A program made the translations under genes and the position numbers. The notes beneath the pieces were generated by a model. The model worked only from the letters and a program-made list of their open reading frames with translations, did no database searches and had not been told where the DNA came from. A DNA stretch of 27,210 nucleotides from Escherichia coli. Lineage in GTDB: Bacteria; Pseudomonadota; Gammaproteobacteria; Enterobacterales; Enterobacteriaceae. The DNA is taken from NCBI GenBank assembly GCA_005388305.1, contig GCA_005388305.1_4327.1, one strand, 5' to 3'. Within the stretch, counting starts at the first letter, position 1, and each line of letters starts with the position of its first letter. Shown here in pieces: positions 1 through 8,830 of this stretch.

Positions 1-120
1 TGGTTAGCCATTGCGAGCGTGCTTCTCGTCAGGTACGGCTTGACAGGCTGGCGGACCTCAGAGACACGTACACGGAGATTGAATTTTGGCGATAATCCTG
101 CACTACACGCGAAACGCTGA
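1..120 (+). CDS. 3' end of an upstream gene cut by the window edge (partial CDS, product unknown, probably tail-module)
   Basis: Frame 1 is open from nt 1 to TGA at 118-120 (…WLAIASVLLVRYGLTGWRTSETRTRRLNFGDNPALHAKR*). Same strand as the downstream tail genes. No start codon visible because the 5' end lies outside the window. Confidence 0.3.
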   Translation, partial: WLAIASVLLVRYGLTGWRTSETRTRRLNFGDNPALHAKR

Positions 121-2641
121 TGGCGCTTTCGACCGTACAAAACACGTCGGGACGCCGATGGAGTTTGTCGTTAACCGTATCCCGGACGGCGTGCCGGTGC
201 GCGTCTACCTGGGCGAGATTGGCGATGATACTGATGTCACCGACGACTTCGACGCGCTTAAAGATGAGGACGCTGTGTACCACATTATTGAGGGTGCGGG
301 TAGCGGGGCGCTCGGTGCCGTTAGTAAGGTGTTCGGTTTTATCCTTAAGCCAATCGCTAAGTTGTTTGGTCTGAACATGTCCGCAAACGCCAACTATACG
401 GCGACTAACAACCAGACAACATCACCAAATAACAGCCTCACAGACCGCTCAAACAAGCCGCGTCCTTACGAGCGCTCTTATGACATCTGCGGGACTGTAC
501 AGACAATCCCTAACGACCTTATGCAGACGTATAAGGCGTTCAACTCCACGGGTGCTTTGCTGGAGTATTCGTATTATGACGCTGGGCGCGGGCATCTGCA
601 TATCGAGGCTGATGGCGTCACAGAGGTCGACACCCTGATAAGCGACATCACAGGTTCCTCTGTTGCCATATACGCGCCGTATACGTCACCGAACAATACC
701 ACATCTCCGCAACTACAAATCGGCGACATCATTGACCAGAAACTCTATGTGACATACTCCAACGACGACGTTGACGGTATTGTACTAAAAGCGCCAAACG
801 ACATTGGGGCCAACCCAAGCGCTGATGGTACCGCAAAACGTATTTCAAACACCGGCTACATCTATGACCCGTCAGGGGACTCTGCTTTTTCTGAGTTTCT
901 TAGCGTCGGTGATGCGGCAGTGCTGAGCAACTTTGACGTTGCTGATGTCACTAACCTGAACGGCTCGTTTGAGGTTTTATACGTTGACGACTTCGAAGTA
1001 AGATTAGCCGTAAACGGTGCGTCTAACTGGGCCGCGTTGACCAGCGGACAGACGTACACACTAACAGAGCGTTCAGATACGTTTATTGGCCCTAGCAACA
1101 CATATGACGTATCTCTTACGGACTGGTATTACATGGTTCGCGGAGAGGTCGACCGGGTGCTCGCGAACGTCGCAGGGCAGAATGGCCTCTACAAATACGG
1201 CGGCGGCTATAACCGCACCAGCGTAACGGTAGAACTCCAGTACCAGATGATTGACTCTCGGCGCAACCCATTGAGCGATATTTACACAGTACAGGCTACA
1301 ATTACCGGTAATAGCACGGATTACGTCGGTACGTCTATCTACGGGCAATTGCCTACTGCATCGCGTTTCCGCGCCCGTATGCGCCGTATAACGAATTTTG
1401 ATAAGGACTACAACGGTACAGTAAGCGACGAGATAACCTTCATCAACCTGTACGGGCAGTCGCTGGACACAACCCCACACTACGGCAACCGAACTACCGT
1501 GCATTGCGCACGTAAACAGACGCCGCGTGCCGCCAGTATCAACAACCCAGAACTGCGCATGATTGCTACCGAGATGTGCCACAAATACTTAGGTAATGGG
1601 GTATTCGATACAGTAATGACACCGAACACGCAAGCCGTACAATCTCTAATTCGACTGGCGCGCGACCCCGCAGTAGGCAATCTGGAACTGACAACGGCAA
1701 ACATGGACAAGTTACTTGCTGTGCAGGAAGAAATTGAGTCCTATTTCGGAAGTGAATTAGCAGGGCAATTCTGCTACACGTTCGACGACTACGACACGAC
1801 GATGCAGGACATTGTTCAGGCCATAGCTGAAGCCGTGTTCTGTACTGCGTACCGTAAAGGCGCGGACATTATGCTGCGTTTCGACCGTCCGGTTGCAGGG
1901 CCTGAAATGGTGTTCACCCACCGTAGTAAGACGACCGGTACGGAGAAATGGACACGCACGTTCAACGATTCGACAACCTACGATAGCCTGTCGTTCTCAT
2001 ACATCGACCCGGATACTAACGTACAGGAAACGATTTACATCCCGGAAGAACTGGGTGCAAATACGGAGGAATACGAATCAAAGGGCGTGCGTAACTACCA
2101 ACAGGCATATTGGCTGGCGTGGCGTCGCTATCAGCGCAATGCGTTAAGTAAAGTTGTTGTAGAGTTCGAAGCTACGGAAGAAGGTGCGCTCGCTACGCCC
2201 GGTGGGGTAATCAGCGTAGTTAAAGGTTCACGTATCGCGCCACAGGACGGCTATGTTGTTGCCGTTAACGGGCTTACACTTACGCTATCCCAGCCTGTTA
2301 CGTTTACTCCTGGCGACGACCACTCCATCATTCTTAAGAAGCGCGATGGCTCAGTGCAGAGTATCTCTGTCATCAAAGGAAGACACGACCGCGAAGTGAT
2401 TATGCTATCGGCGCCGGAGGAAGCAATCTACACGGGGAATAGCGCGCTAAAAACTGAGTTTTCATTCGGCAACGAAGCAAGGCATAATGCACAGAAGATA
2501 GTTGTTTCTTCAATCGACCCGGGCGACGACCGCACGGTCAAGATTACGGGCTACAACTATGACGACGGATTCTATAAATACGACGGCGTCGCGCCTTTCG
2601 GTCGCGGTTTCTCCGACGGATTCAGCAACGGTTTTAATTAA
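86..2641 (+). CDS. phage tail protein, putative tail-tip / host-specificity (gpJ-like) protein, 851 aa
   Basis: Long ORF directly upstream of the tailspike on the same strand. ORF-track start is TTG at 86, preceded by GGAGA at 74-78; an in-frame ATG at 158 is an alternative start. Product is assigned from size and position in the tail module, not from a recognised catalytic motif. Confidence 0.5.
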   Translation: MAIILHYTRNADGAFDRTKHVGTPMEFVVNRIPDGVPVRVYLGEIGDDTDVTDDFDALKDEDAVYHIIEGAGSGALGAVSKVFGFILKPIAKLFGLNMSANANYTATNNQTTSPNNSLTDRSNKPRPYERSYDICGTVQTIPNDLMQTYKAFNSTGALLEYSYYDAGRGHLHIEADGVTEVDTLISDITGSSVAIYAPYTSPNNTTSPQLQIGDIIDQKLYVTYSNDDVDGIVLKAPNDIGANPSADGTAKRISNTGYIYDPSGDSAFSEFLSVGDAAVLSNFDVADVTNLNGSFEVLYVDDFEVRLAVNGASNWAALTSGQTYTLTERSDTFIGPSNTYDVSLTDWYYMVRGEVDRVLANVAGQNGLYKYGGGYNRTSVTVELQYQMIDSRRNPLSDIYTVQATITGNSTDYVGTSIYGQLPTASRFRARMRRITNFDKDYNGTVSDEITFINLYGQSLDTTPHYGNRTTVHCARKQTPRAASINNPELRMIATEMCHKYLGNGVFDTVMTPNTQAVQSLIRLARDPAVGNLELTTANMDKLLAVQEEIESYFGSELAGQFCYTFDDYDTTMQDIVQAIAEAVFCTAYRKGADIMLRFDRPVAGPEMVFTHRSKTTGTEKWTRTFNDSTTYDSLSFSYIDPDTNVQETIYIPEELGANTEEYESKGVRNYQQAYWLAWRRYQRNALSKVVVEFEATEEGALATPGGVISVVKGSRIAPQDGYVVAVNGLTLTLSQPVTFTPGDDHSIILKKRDGSVQSISVIKGRHDREVIMLSAPEEAIYTGNSALKTEFSFGNEARHNAQKIVVSSIDPGDDRTVKITGYNYDDGFYKYDGVAPFGRGFSDGFSNGFN

Positions 2642-2653
2642 AGAGGACTCTAT

Positions 2654-5608
2654 ATGTCAAGCGGATGCGGTGACGTTTTAAGCCTGGCGGATTTACAAAC
2701 CGCCAAGAAACATCAGATTTTCGAGGCCGAGGTTATCACTGGCAAATCCGGCGGTGTCGCCGGTGGTGCCGATATTGATTACGCGACAAATCGGGTTACT
2801 GGACAGACCCAGAAGACGTTACCTGCCGTGTTGCGTGATGCTGGTTTTAAACTGGCAGATTTTGATTTCACGTCAGGCGGTACACTATCCGCTAACGACC
2901 GAAACACCGCAGTTTTGTGGCCGTCGTCCTCTGGCGGTGACGGGGATTGGTACTATTGGTTGGGTGCTCTGCCAAAAATTATCCCGGCGTCATCTTCTCC
3001 GCAGTCCACCGGTGGCGTGGCAGATGGGGCATGGCAGCCCGTCGGGTCGGTCATACTGCGGCAGCAAATATCTGATGTAAACGGTGCAATTCTGTACCCA
3101 GATTTACATATGGCGCGATGGAAGGACGAATACGACCCACGTGCATGGGGCGCCGTGGGCGACGGTGTAACTGATGATACTCAATCTATTTTTAATGTAT
3201 TAGCGGCTTCTCCCAACAATTGGATTATAGACGGCAGGGGTTTGACTTATAAAGTTTCCCAATTACCTGACATTAGTAAATTTAAGAATGCTGCATTCGT
3301 TTACGAGCGCGTAGCCGGGCAACCGCTTACTTATGTAGCTGATGGCTTCTTTAACAGCTCACTAACTAAGGTGACGGACACCCCGTTCTACAACGCATGG
3401 ACGCAGGATAAAACTTTCGTCTACGACCATGTTATTTACGCCCCGTTTATGGCGGGCGAACGACATGGCGTTCAAAACTTACATGTAGCTTGGGTTCGCT
3501 CTGGTGACGACGGTCAGACTTGGTCAATGCCTGAGTGGTTGACTCCAATCCATGCTGACTATAATGCTAGTGTTTCTACGGACAGAGTTAACTACCACTG
3601 CATGAGCATGGGTACATGCGGCAACCGATTATATGCAGTTATAGAAACCCGCTACTTATCTGATATGCGGATGAAGAAGGCAGAACTTTGGTCACGCCCA
3701 ATGCCGTATTTTAGACACCCAACCGGCGGAATAACTATTAGTTCTGGCTCCACTACTGCTACCATTGTTATAGAAAATCATGGCCTAAAAGCAGGAGATG
3801 CGGTTAACTTCTCTAATACATCGGCAACTGGCGTATCGGGTAATATGACGGTTGCGTCTATAATTAACCGAAATACGTTCACTGTTACGCTCTCAAGCCC
3901 TGCGAGTTCCACCATAAACAATGCGGGGGTTACCTGGAACTTCGCAACGCGATTCTGGGACAGCCCATGGGAAATTACCGAATTGCCGGGGGTGGCATAC
4001 TCCACTAACGCTGATTTGTGTGTCACGGAGACACATAGTTTTGCGGTTATAGATGATGCTAACTACACTATCGCTGTCGGCTATCACAACGGCGATGTGT
4101 CCCCTCGGCGTCTCGGCGTCTTGTATTTTAGTAACGTGTATGACAATCCAGGCGTATTCGTTCGTCGCACTGTCGCTCAGGCATACGCTGATAACGCTTC
4201 TGAGCCGTGCGTGAAAAGTTATGGAGGTGCGCTCTACCTTACCACACGCGGCACATTACCTACTTCCCCTGGCTCTACACTGGCGATGAGCACCGATTCA
4301 GGGCAAAACTGGAGCTACTTGCGATTTCCGAACAATGTACATCACTCCAATCTTCCGTTCGCTAAAGTAGGTGACTATCTCTACATCTTTGGTACAGAAC
4401 GTGCCTTTGGCGAGTGGGAAGGAGGCGAGCCGGACAGCAGCTATGAAGGTTCGTATCCACGGACCTTTATGTGCAAAGTTAATGTGTCGTCATGGCCTTC
4501 ATCTTTAGATGATGTTCAGTGGTTTAATATTACCGACCAAATATACCAGGGCCATATTGTTAACTCTGCTGTCGGCGTCGGCTCTGTCTGTGTTAAAGAT
4601 GGCTGGTTGTACTATATCTTTGGTGGGGAAGACTTCTTCTCTCCCTGGAGCATAGGGGATAACAGTGCGAAGTTATGGTACAAACATGATGGGCATCCGG
4701 CTGACTTATATAGCTACCGGATAAAGATTGAAGACCACCCGTACGTATCACGTGATTTCAAATACGGAGCAACTCCTAACCGTACACTACCTGTCGCAAT
4801 GGGTGTAGATGGTGTCCGTCATGTAGAAGCACCTTTGACGTTTGACAATGATATAAGCGTGTACTCCCTGCGTGTAACGGGGTTGGAATACGATGGCACA
4901 CAACAGTCTGCCGTGCGTGCACGGTTTGATGGTGATTACGGGCTGATTTCAAAAACAGTCCCCACTAAAACCCCATCGGTTCAAAGACTTATTGTTAGCG
5001 GCGGTGACGGCGCATCCCGCTCCGATGGTGCGTTGCTGCAACTGTACGGGGCAAACCATGCAACGCCTAACAGGGCTATTATGTATGCGTCAGGAGGCTT
5101 CTACTCATACAACAATTTCCTTCCTTACTTAGACTCGCGAGTGTCTTTAGGTTCGGCAAGTAATAGGTGGACTACGGTGTACGCGGTCACCGGTACGATA
5201 AACACGTCTGATGGTACACTTAAGACGAACAAAGAGGAAATTGAGGGACAACTCCTTACCGCATGGGAGGATATACATGTAATATCTTTTAAGTGGCTTG
5301 AAAGCCTAGCAATCAAGGGTGACACTGCAAGGATACACTTCGGTGTGATAGCCCAAGATGTGCGAGACATCTTGGTCAACCATGGGCTTATGGAGAAAGA
5401 TTCTACCGATTGTAAATATGCTTTCTTGTGCTACGACTCAATTGAAGCTGCGTATGATATTGATGAAGATGGCCAGACTGTACAAGTATCCCCTCCCGGC
5501 GGCAGATGGGGGGTTAGGGCGGACCAGATGTTCTTCATAGAGATTGCCTATCAGCGTAAGAAGATGCGCGAGTTCGAGAAGAGGCTGGCAGCACTAGAAG
5601 ATAAATAA
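2654..5608 (+). CDS. tailspike: sialidase-like (putative endosialidase, capsule depolymerase) with C-terminal intramolecular chaperone (peptidase S74-type) domain, 984 aa
   Basis: RBS AAGAGGA 7 nt before ATG 2654. Two Asp-box motifs (SxDxGxTW): SGDDGQTW at nt ~3500-3523 and STDSGQNW at nt 4289-4312. C-terminal ~130 aa (…SDGTLKTNKEEIEG…GVIAQDVRDIL…FIEIAYQRKKMREFEKRLAALEDK) has the Ser-x4-Lys dyad and layout of autoproteolytic chaperone domains of endosialidases and T5-type tail fibres. The N-proximal segment GGDGDWYYWLGALPKIIPASSSPQSTGG resembles the corresponding endoNF region as recalled from memory. Confidence 0.75.
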   Translation: MSSGCGDVLSLADLQTAKKHQIFEAEVITGKSGGVAGGADIDYATNRVTGQTQKTLPAVLRDAGFKLADFDFTSGGTLSANDRNTAVLWPSSSGGDGDWYYWLGALPKIIPASSSPQSTGGVADGAWQPVGSVILRQQISDVNGAILYPDLHMARWKDEYDPRAWGAVGDGVTDDTQSIFNVLAASPNNWIIDGRGLTYKVSQLPDISKFKNAAFVYERVAGQPLTYVADGFFNSSLTKVTDTPFYNAWTQDKTFVYDHVIYAPFMAGERHGVQNLHVAWVRSGDDGQTWSMPEWLTPIHADYNASVSTDRVNYHCMSMGTCGNRLYAVIETRYLSDMRMKKAELWSRPMPYFRHPTGGITISSGSTTATIVIENHGLKAGDAVNFSNTSATGVSGNMTVASIINRNTFTVTLSSPASSTINNAGVTWNFATRFWDSPWEITELPGVAYSTNADLCVTETHSFAVIDDANYTIAVGYHNGDVSPRRLGVLYFSNVYDNPGVFVRRTVAQAYADNASEPCVKSYGGALYLTTRGTLPTSPGSTLAMSTDSGQNWSYLRFPNNVHHSNLPFAKVGDYLYIFGTERAFGEWEGGEPDSSYEGSYPRTFMCKVNVSSWPSSLDDVQWFNITDQIYQGHIVNSAVGVGSVCVKDGWLYYIFGGEDFFSPWSIGDNSAKLWYKHDGHPADLYSYRIKIEDHPYVSRDFKYGATPNRTLPVAMGVDGVRHVEAPLTFDNDISVYSLRVTGLEYDGTQQSAVRARFDGDYGLISKTVPTKTPSVQRLIVSGGDGASRSDGALLQLYGANHATPNRAIMYASGGFYSYNNFLPYLDSRVSLGSASNRWTTVYAVTGTINTSDGTLKTNKEEIEGQLLTAWEDIHVISFKWLESLAIKGDTARIHFGVIAQDVRDILVNHGLMEKDSTDCKYAFLCYDSIEAAYDIDEDGQTVQVSPPGGRWGVRADQMFFIEIAYQRKKMREFEKRLAALEDK

Positions 5609-5612
5609 AACT

Positions 5613-5634
5613 AAGGCCCCAAACGGGGCCTTTT
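5613..5634. terminator. bidirectional rho-independent terminator between convergent tailspike and helicase transcription units
   Basis: Hairpin AAGGCCCC-AAAC-GGGGCCTT followed by TTTT on the + strand and preceded by an A-rich tract (T-run on the - strand); lies just after the tailspike stop. Confidence 0.6.
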
Positions 5635-5637
5635 CTC

Positions 5638-5774
5638 TACTCTTCGGATAACTTTTCCAGTACAAACGCCAGTTGCGCATTAGCGGCGTCTCTTTGCTGC
5701 CGTAGTCGCAGAACCTCTTCTTCTAGTTCCTTGATACGTTTTTGCAATGCGGGAATCGGGGCTATGATGTTCAT
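5638..5774 (-). CDS. small coiled-coil protein, 45 aa (below ORF-track cutoff)
   Basis: ATG at 5774-5772 overlaps the helicase TGA stop in an ATGA arrangement, with GAGGT RBS-like sequence upstream. Translation MNIIAPIPALQKRIKELEEEVLRLRQQRDAANAQLAFVLEKLSEE. Ends just before the terminator. Confidence 0.3.
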
Positions 5775-7195
5775 TTCTTACCTCTTCTCTTCATATAATT
5801 AAGCAACTCTTCCTGTACCGATTTCTTCTCGTCCGTACGCGCGGCAACAACCTCGTCAAGAGTGTCTTTAGCGACTATGTGATAAAGGAACACCGGGCGC
5901 TCGTGGCCTGCCTGCTTCTGGCGTACTGGACCTATACGCTCGACGACCTGCAAATAGTGCTCAAGGTTCCAGCCTTGTGAAATGAATGCCAGATGATGCC
6001 CGCCGTCCTGTAAATTCAAACCATGCCCGGCTGACGCGGGATGCACGCACAAAATCTCGATTTCGCCTCGGTTCCACGCCTCCATCTGCTTATTACCCTT
6101 CGCGCCTTTAGAAAATGCCTGCGCCTGTGGGAACCGCTTAAGGATACGCTCAAGTTCGTGCTTAAACTGATAGGCCACAAGTAACGGTGCGCCCTGTAAC
6201 TCCTCGACAATGGACTCGAGCGCATCCAGTTTCGTATCGTGCACTTTCTCCCAGTCTTTCGTTGCCTCACCGTCCGGCCCTGACACATATACGGCGCCGG
6301 ATGCAATCTGCAAACACTTTGACGTCTTCGCTGCGGCGTTAGCCGCTTCTACTTCCCCGCTCTCCAGTTCCGCGAATAACTTCTCCTCCATATCGATGTA
6401 CGCCTGGCGTGCTTTCTTCGGCAGGTCTATTTCAACTGGTACGATAATCGGCGCTTCGCAACCGAACCACTCGGCAGCGTCAATCGTGAGACTAATGTCC
6501 TTCATCTTCTGATGAATCTCGGTATCCGCACCCGGGCGGGCGTGATACTCACGCGCCATCGCCGATTTGCCTTTCTGTACAGAGTTGAACCAGCGGTCGG
6601 TGAACGCAGTGTACGATGAGCCGAGGCGCTCGCCAGCGTCGATAAACCAGTTCTGGCCCCACAGGTCTTTGAGGCCGTTAGGCGACGGTGTGCCCGTCAG
6701 ATTGATGAAACGCTTAACTTTACCGAACGCCACTTTGCTGAGCGCCTTTGCCCGCTTGCTACCACCAGAACGGCTACGGAATGACTTCAGTTTCGTACTC
6801 TCATCTGCAACGATAACCGTAAAAGGCCAGTCGTCTTTGCCGTAGTAGTCAATCAGCCACTCGATAACTTCGTAGTTGGTACACACCACGTTAACATCTG
6901 ACTCCAGCGCCGCGATGCGGCGCTTTTCTGAACCAGTTGCATCGACGACGCTCAGACATGGGAATTGCCATTTCTCTTGTTCTGCGGGCCACGTACCCGA
7001 CGCAACGCGCAGCGGGGCGAGGATTAACACGCGGTCGTCATCATTAAGTTGACCGTTGCGGAACAGTCTGTTTAACGCCCACAGTACGCTGCCAGTCTTC
7101 CCGGCGCCCATGCTCGCCCATATGTTGCAGCGATGGTGCTGCAACATGAACGAAGTCATGAGCTTCTGGTATTCGCGCCTTTGAAACTTACTCAT
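5771..7195 (-). CDS. SNF2-family (superfamily 2) DNA helicase, 474 aa
   Basis: Walker A ASMGAGKTG, motif II VIVADEST, motif III LTGTP, C-terminal motif VI-like QVVERIGPVRQKQAG. Start overlaps the methyltransferase stop by 8 nt. Confidence 0.8.
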   Translation of the reverse strand: MSKFQRREYQKLMTSFMLQHHRCNIWASMGAGKTGSVLWALNRLFRNGQLNDDDRVLILAPLRVASGTWPAEQEKWQFPCLSVVDATGSEKRRIAALESDVNVVCTNYEVIEWLIDYYGKDDWPFTVIVADESTKLKSFRSRSGGSKRAKALSKVAFGKVKRFINLTGTPSPNGLKDLWGQNWFIDAGERLGSSYTAFTDRWFNSVQKGKSAMAREYHARPGADTEIHQKMKDISLTIDAAEWFGCEAPIIVPVEIDLPKKARQAYIDMEEKLFAELESGEVEAANAAAKTSKCLQIASGAVYVSGPDGEATKDWEKVHDTKLDALESIVEELQGAPLLVAYQFKHELERILKRFPQAQAFSKGAKGNKQMEAWNRGEIEILCVHPASAGHGLNLQDGGHHLAFISQGWNLEHYLQVVERIGPVRQKQAGHERPVFLYHIVAKDTLDEVVAARTDEKKSVQEELLNYMKRRGKK

Positions 7196-8111
7196 TTACG
7201 GCCCCCATAAACGCCTTTATAAATTCGGCGGCTACTTGCGGGACGATGGCATTGCCGTAACCGCGCAATCGTCCCACTCTTGCGGGTATCCCATTAGCCA
7301 GCGGGAATGTGCCGGGTTCAACTGGCCTGAATTTTCCATCCCGGCATCCGAGCCAGTCAGCATCTGACCAGTAGCCGTGATGCGGATTGGTTGATTCACC
7401 AAATATTGTGCGTGCGTCGCCAGATTGCAATTCGCATTCGGCCTGTTGAATCTCTTTTCCGCATATGCTTGCGGGTCTTTCGCTCGGCTGTTGTTGTCGT
7501 CTGCAACTGATGGCGCTGGCCATGCAGCTAAATGGCGGGCTTGTCCGGCAAGCGTCTGCAAACCGCGTTTCGTATCTGGTTGCGGATTGGTGTTCGCGGT
7601 CGGCGTGTACCATTCTTTTTGCACCAAAAAAGAGTCGCTCTCTTTTGTGCGGTGCGCCGACGCTACAAGCTGGGAGTACGGCAAACCCGACGGCGTAGTC
7701 TTCTCCTTCCAGGTGAGTTTGTAAATCGCACATCCACGATTTTGCAATTGCTGGCGCAACCTGCTCCCCAAAGAGGACTGGAGGTCGGCACTCGCTGATA
7801 AGGTCGAGGAACACAGGTGCGAGGTGTCTCGGGTCGAACTGTCCGAGTTGCTTTCCCGCCGCGCTAAACGGTTGGCAAGGCGGGCTTCCCGTCCAGAGAG
7901 GCGTATCCTCCGAAACTCCCGCAAGTCTGAGCGCGAGAGGCCAGCCGCCGATACCAGCGAAAAAATGACACTGGGTGAACCCGTCAAGGTCTTCTGGCTT
8001 AACTTCGGTAATGCTTCTTTCATCTACAACTCCAAAAGGTATGTGACCATGTTTTATTAATTCACGCAGCCACGCGGCTGCGCCTTTATCCCATTCGTTG
8101 TAATAGTTCAT
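7188..8111 (-). CDS. DNA (cytosine-5)-methyltransferase, 307 aa
   Basis: Motif I HFFAGIGG (FxGxGG), motif IV GSPPCQPFSAAGK (catalytic PCQ), motif VIII-like PHKRERLFF, motif X-like LRGYGNAIVPQVA. Confidence 0.8.
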   Translation of the reverse strand: MNYYNEWDKGAAAWLRELIKHGHIPFGVVDERSITEVKPEDLDGFTQCHFFAGIGGWPLALRLAGVSEDTPLWTGSPPCQPFSAAGKQLGQFDPRHLAPVFLDLISECRPPVLFGEQVAPAIAKSWMCDLQTHLEGEDYAVGFAVLPACSVGAPHKRERLFFGAKRMVHADREHQSATRYETRFADACRTSPPFSCMASAISCRRQQQPSERPASICGKEIQQAECELQSGDARTIFGESTNPHHGYWSDADWLGCRDGKFRPVEPGTFPLANGIPARVGRLRGYGNAIVPQVAAEFIKAFMGAVNE

Positions 8112-8299
8112 TTCGCCACCAGCACCAGCTCTTTACGCCCGAACGCCGTAACGTTACCCGTTACATCTTCGATAACCAGTTTACCGTTCGACTCGACGAA
8201 CACCGTATCAACGGCAACAGGTTGACGTGTCTTAACGTTGAAAATCATGTCACCCGGTACGATGTCACGTGCTGGTTTGCGGTCGTATTCGTGTTTCAT
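8108..8299 (-). CDS. hypothetical protein, 63 aa
   Basis: ORF overlapping the methyltransferase start by 4 nt (translational coupling); a sigma70-like promoter lies immediately upstream. No recognisable motif. Confidence 0.5.
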   Translation of the reverse strand: MKHEYDRKPARDIVPGDMIFNVKTRQPVAVDTVFVESNGKLVIEDVTGNVTAFGRKELVLVAK

Positions 8300-8329
8300 T
8301 TCTCAATTCCTTATATTGTTGGTGTATGA

Positions 8330-8617
8330 CTAACTATAATAGTTCGCTATTAGGTCGTCAACCTGTTTAAACGAACCAACGACAAAAACATTCGCACCAC
8401 GTTTACGCATACGCTCGTGCTCACGTAACTGGTGTGGGTCTGGCTTCGTGTTTTCGTCTTTCTTAACCTCGACGAACAAGACGATGCCGCCGGGTAGAAT
8501 TACCAGCAGGTCGGGAGCGCCGGAGCGCCCCTCATAGGAAAGTTTACGAACGAGGCCGCCGATAGCCTCGAATCGCTCTTTTGCGTATTTCTGCACGCGC
8601 CCCTCAGGCGTACTCAT
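8330..8617 (-). CDS. VRR-NUC domain nuclease, 95 aa
   Basis: Small PD-(D/E)xK-type protein with GAPDLLV…VEVKK acidic/Lys catalytic pattern typical of VRR-NUC; GGGAGGGG RBS upstream of the ATG at 8617. Confidence 0.7.
   Translation of the reverse strand: MSTPEGRVQKYAKERFEAIGGLVRKLSYEGRSGAPDLLVILPGGIVLFVEVKKDENTKPDPHQLREHERMRKRGANVFVVGSFKQVDDLIANYYS
8333..8361 (-). promoter_or_regulatory. sigma70-like promoter (TTGACG-17-TATAGT on the - strand) inside a copy of the conserved 30-bp element
   Basis: + strand reads AACTATAATAGTTCGCTATTAGGTCGTCAAC; reverse complement gives -35 TTGACG (8361-8356), 17-bp spacer, -10 TATAGT (8338-8333). Overlaps the 3' end of the VRR-NUC CDS and sits ~35 nt upstream of the 63-aa gene. 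Confidence 0.5.
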
Positions 8618-8698
8618 CTATACACCCCTCCCGTTTCGTATGCGCGATACCGCAGCGAGGGCAGATTCGACAGTCTTCTTCATATAACCAGTAAATTT

Positions 8699-8830
8699 TC
8701 ATTCCAGCACCCACAGATAAATTGCGATGAATATACCCAATACGGCAACCATCATGCCGTATTGGCCTTCGCGACAGTAGACACCGGCAGCAAATCCCGT
8801 CAGTACCGCGATAATCAGTTTACTTAGCAT
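8699..8830 (-). CDS. putative small hydrophobic membrane peptide, 43 aa (below ORF-track cutoff)
   Basis: ATG at 8830 overlaps the 3' end of the polymerase gene by 11 nt. Translation MLSKLIIAVLTGFAAGVYCREGQYGMMVAVLGIFIAIYLWVLE has two hydrophobic stretches. No independent support. Confidence 0.2.
   Translation of the reverse strand: MLSKLIIAVLTGFAAGVYCREGQYGMMVAVLGIFIAIYLWVLE

Noticed and set aside
29-393. ORF-track ORFs 29..283 (-), 120..374 (+) and 205..393 (-) overlapping the start of the 851-aa tail gene
   Set aside because: Short alternative-frame or antisense ORFs lying wholly inside a long, well-supported coding region; no RBS or promoter context.
6016-8023. Multiple ORF-track ORFs nested within the helicase and methyltransferase genes (e.g. 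6016..6306, 6210..6512, 7232..8023, 7425..7798)
   Set aside because: Alternative-frame ORFs inside genes whose primary frames show canonical SNF2 and C5-MTase motifs.
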